Shown in pieces: positions 62,971 to 64,000 of a DNA stretch of 64,000 nucleotides (its first letter is position 1; the number at the start of each line of letters is the position of its first letter). The stretch covers positions 16,260,079 through 16,324,078 of the forward strand of contig JAHRHZ010000025.1 in the NCBI GenBank assembly GCA_024137785.1, written 5' to 3'. The DNA comes from Ginglymostoma cirratum. Lineage: Eukaryota. A program made the translations under genes and the position numbers. The notes under the pieces were generated by a model, which was not told the origin of the DNA, did not search any database, and saw only the letters and a program-made list of their open reading frames with translations.

Positions 62971-64000
62971 TTTTTTAAAAGTTGGGAAGCTAACAGTGTT
63001 ATTGTTTGTGAGGGGATCAAATAAGATTGTACTTCAGTTGTAAGGGCACTGATAAGACTCAATCTAGAGTTCTTTGTACAGTATTGGCCTCCTTCTAAAA
63101 AGGGAGAATGTAAGCACATTGGAAGCTGTTCAGAAAAGATTTGCCAGACCAGTATCTGGAATTGTTAGACTTTTTTGTGAGGATAAACTCCAGTGGATGC
63201 GAGTGAGTCTAATAAATTAAAAGACATCTTGATTAAAACATAGAAAATCTTGAGGGACCTTGGCAGTGTGTATGTAGAAAGGATCTTTCCTTTTGTGAAA
63301 GATTCTAAAACTCGGGGTCACACTCACTTTCTAAGCAAGAGGTCACACATTTAAGATGGAGATATGGAGAATTTTTTTTCTCAAAGCATTGAGACTTGTG
63401 TACTCGCAAAAGGTGGTGGACTTGAATATTAAAGAGTCCTCGAATATAGTTAAGGCACACATGTTTGATAAGCCATGGGGTGTAATATTATAAGGAACTG
63501 CTGAACAGTTTCAAAGGCTGAAGACCTCCTGCCAATCCTAAAGCCAGTGCAAGTGTCACACCCAGGGCAATGAGCTTTCCTGGTCTTGATTACAGCACTA
63601 TTGTAAAATACATAAAAACACTGGAGGTCATCTTTTTTGAGGTGTAGTGTTTAAGAGGTGGGAAGACGTCAAAAGATGATGCAGCTGCCAAAGCTAGTGA
63701 CATCAGAGTTTCAAGATTAGCTGCTACTGCCAGGGCTGGAGTTTGCAGAGTAAGATGTCATATGTTTTCCTTTTTTGGGACTATAAACTGAAATGAAATG
63801 TGAATACTAGAAATGTTTTGGAACTTGAAAATCGAGTGCTGCATATATTGTTGAACAGGGCAGTACATGGAGTAAGATGGAAAATCTGAGATTGAGCAGC
63901 ACAAAGAATCTTTGAGTTAAGCATTCTTTCTGATAAAAGCCTTCTGGTTCAGCTGCAGAGTGCTAAAGAGCTGTAATGCCAAGAATGGCAGAGAGACCAA

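Larger units (their letters stand above)
60065..63490 (+). mobile_element. Long decayed CR1 LINE: ORF1 SGNH-esterase remnant plus ORF2 to the 3' end, with nested SINEs
   Basis: ORF 59996-60451 CWLPSAQLQDI...YEELSIKLRSITSKVVIAELL...ANWHR is the CR1 ORF1 esterase region. ORF2 motifs follow: GGAAACTATAGGCCAGTTAGCTTA (GNYRPVSL, ~61821), YFNFQKAF (~62020), and the C-terminus near 63050-63400. Confidence 0.82.

Noticed and set aside
63640-63760. Possible exon ending at AGA|GTAAGA near 63750
   Set aside because: There is no clear acceptor and the translation is not recognisable.
1-64000. Conserved microRNAs, rRNA, CRISPR arrays, prokaryotic operons
   Set aside because: The window is eukaryotic. 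A by-eye check for common vertebrate mature miRNAs gave only short partial matches (near 32833 and 47250), and no regular repeat-spacer array was seen. An Rfam/miRBase scan would be decisive.

Overview
This is AT-rich, CpG-poor vertebrate genomic DNA, almost certainly from a cartilaginous fish. The repeat set (HE1-type V-SINEs sharing a 3' tail with HER1/CR1 LINEs, Deu-domain SINEs, Penelope-like elements) is typical of sharks; I cannot fix the species. No intact, recognisable host protein-coding gene is visible, and most ORFs in the track are repeat-derived or chance. The window is a layered mosaic of decayed transposons: many CR1/HER1 and L2-like LINE fragments, two long CR1 relics with ORF1 pieces, five HE1 SINEs, and a second tRNA-headed SINE family. 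It also holds fold-back Penelope-like (RT + GIY-YIG) elements whose ends carry minimal hammerhead ribozyme cores (one intact at 15997-16024), a two-gene PIF/Harbinger relic at about 42.5-43.8 kb, a Gypsy integrase fragment, a probable solo LTR, and a 400-N gap. Repeat-poor islands carry splice and promoter signals: a candidate last coding exon at 1732-1805, a promoter-like block with splice signals on both strands at 8.6-9.8 kb, and candidate exons at 19.3, 24.2, 24.8 and 29.1 kb. I found no convincing new biological system. The best leads are the ribozyme-bearing Penelope ends and the 8.6-9.8 kb block. Repeat boundaries were estimated by eye and no database search was run.
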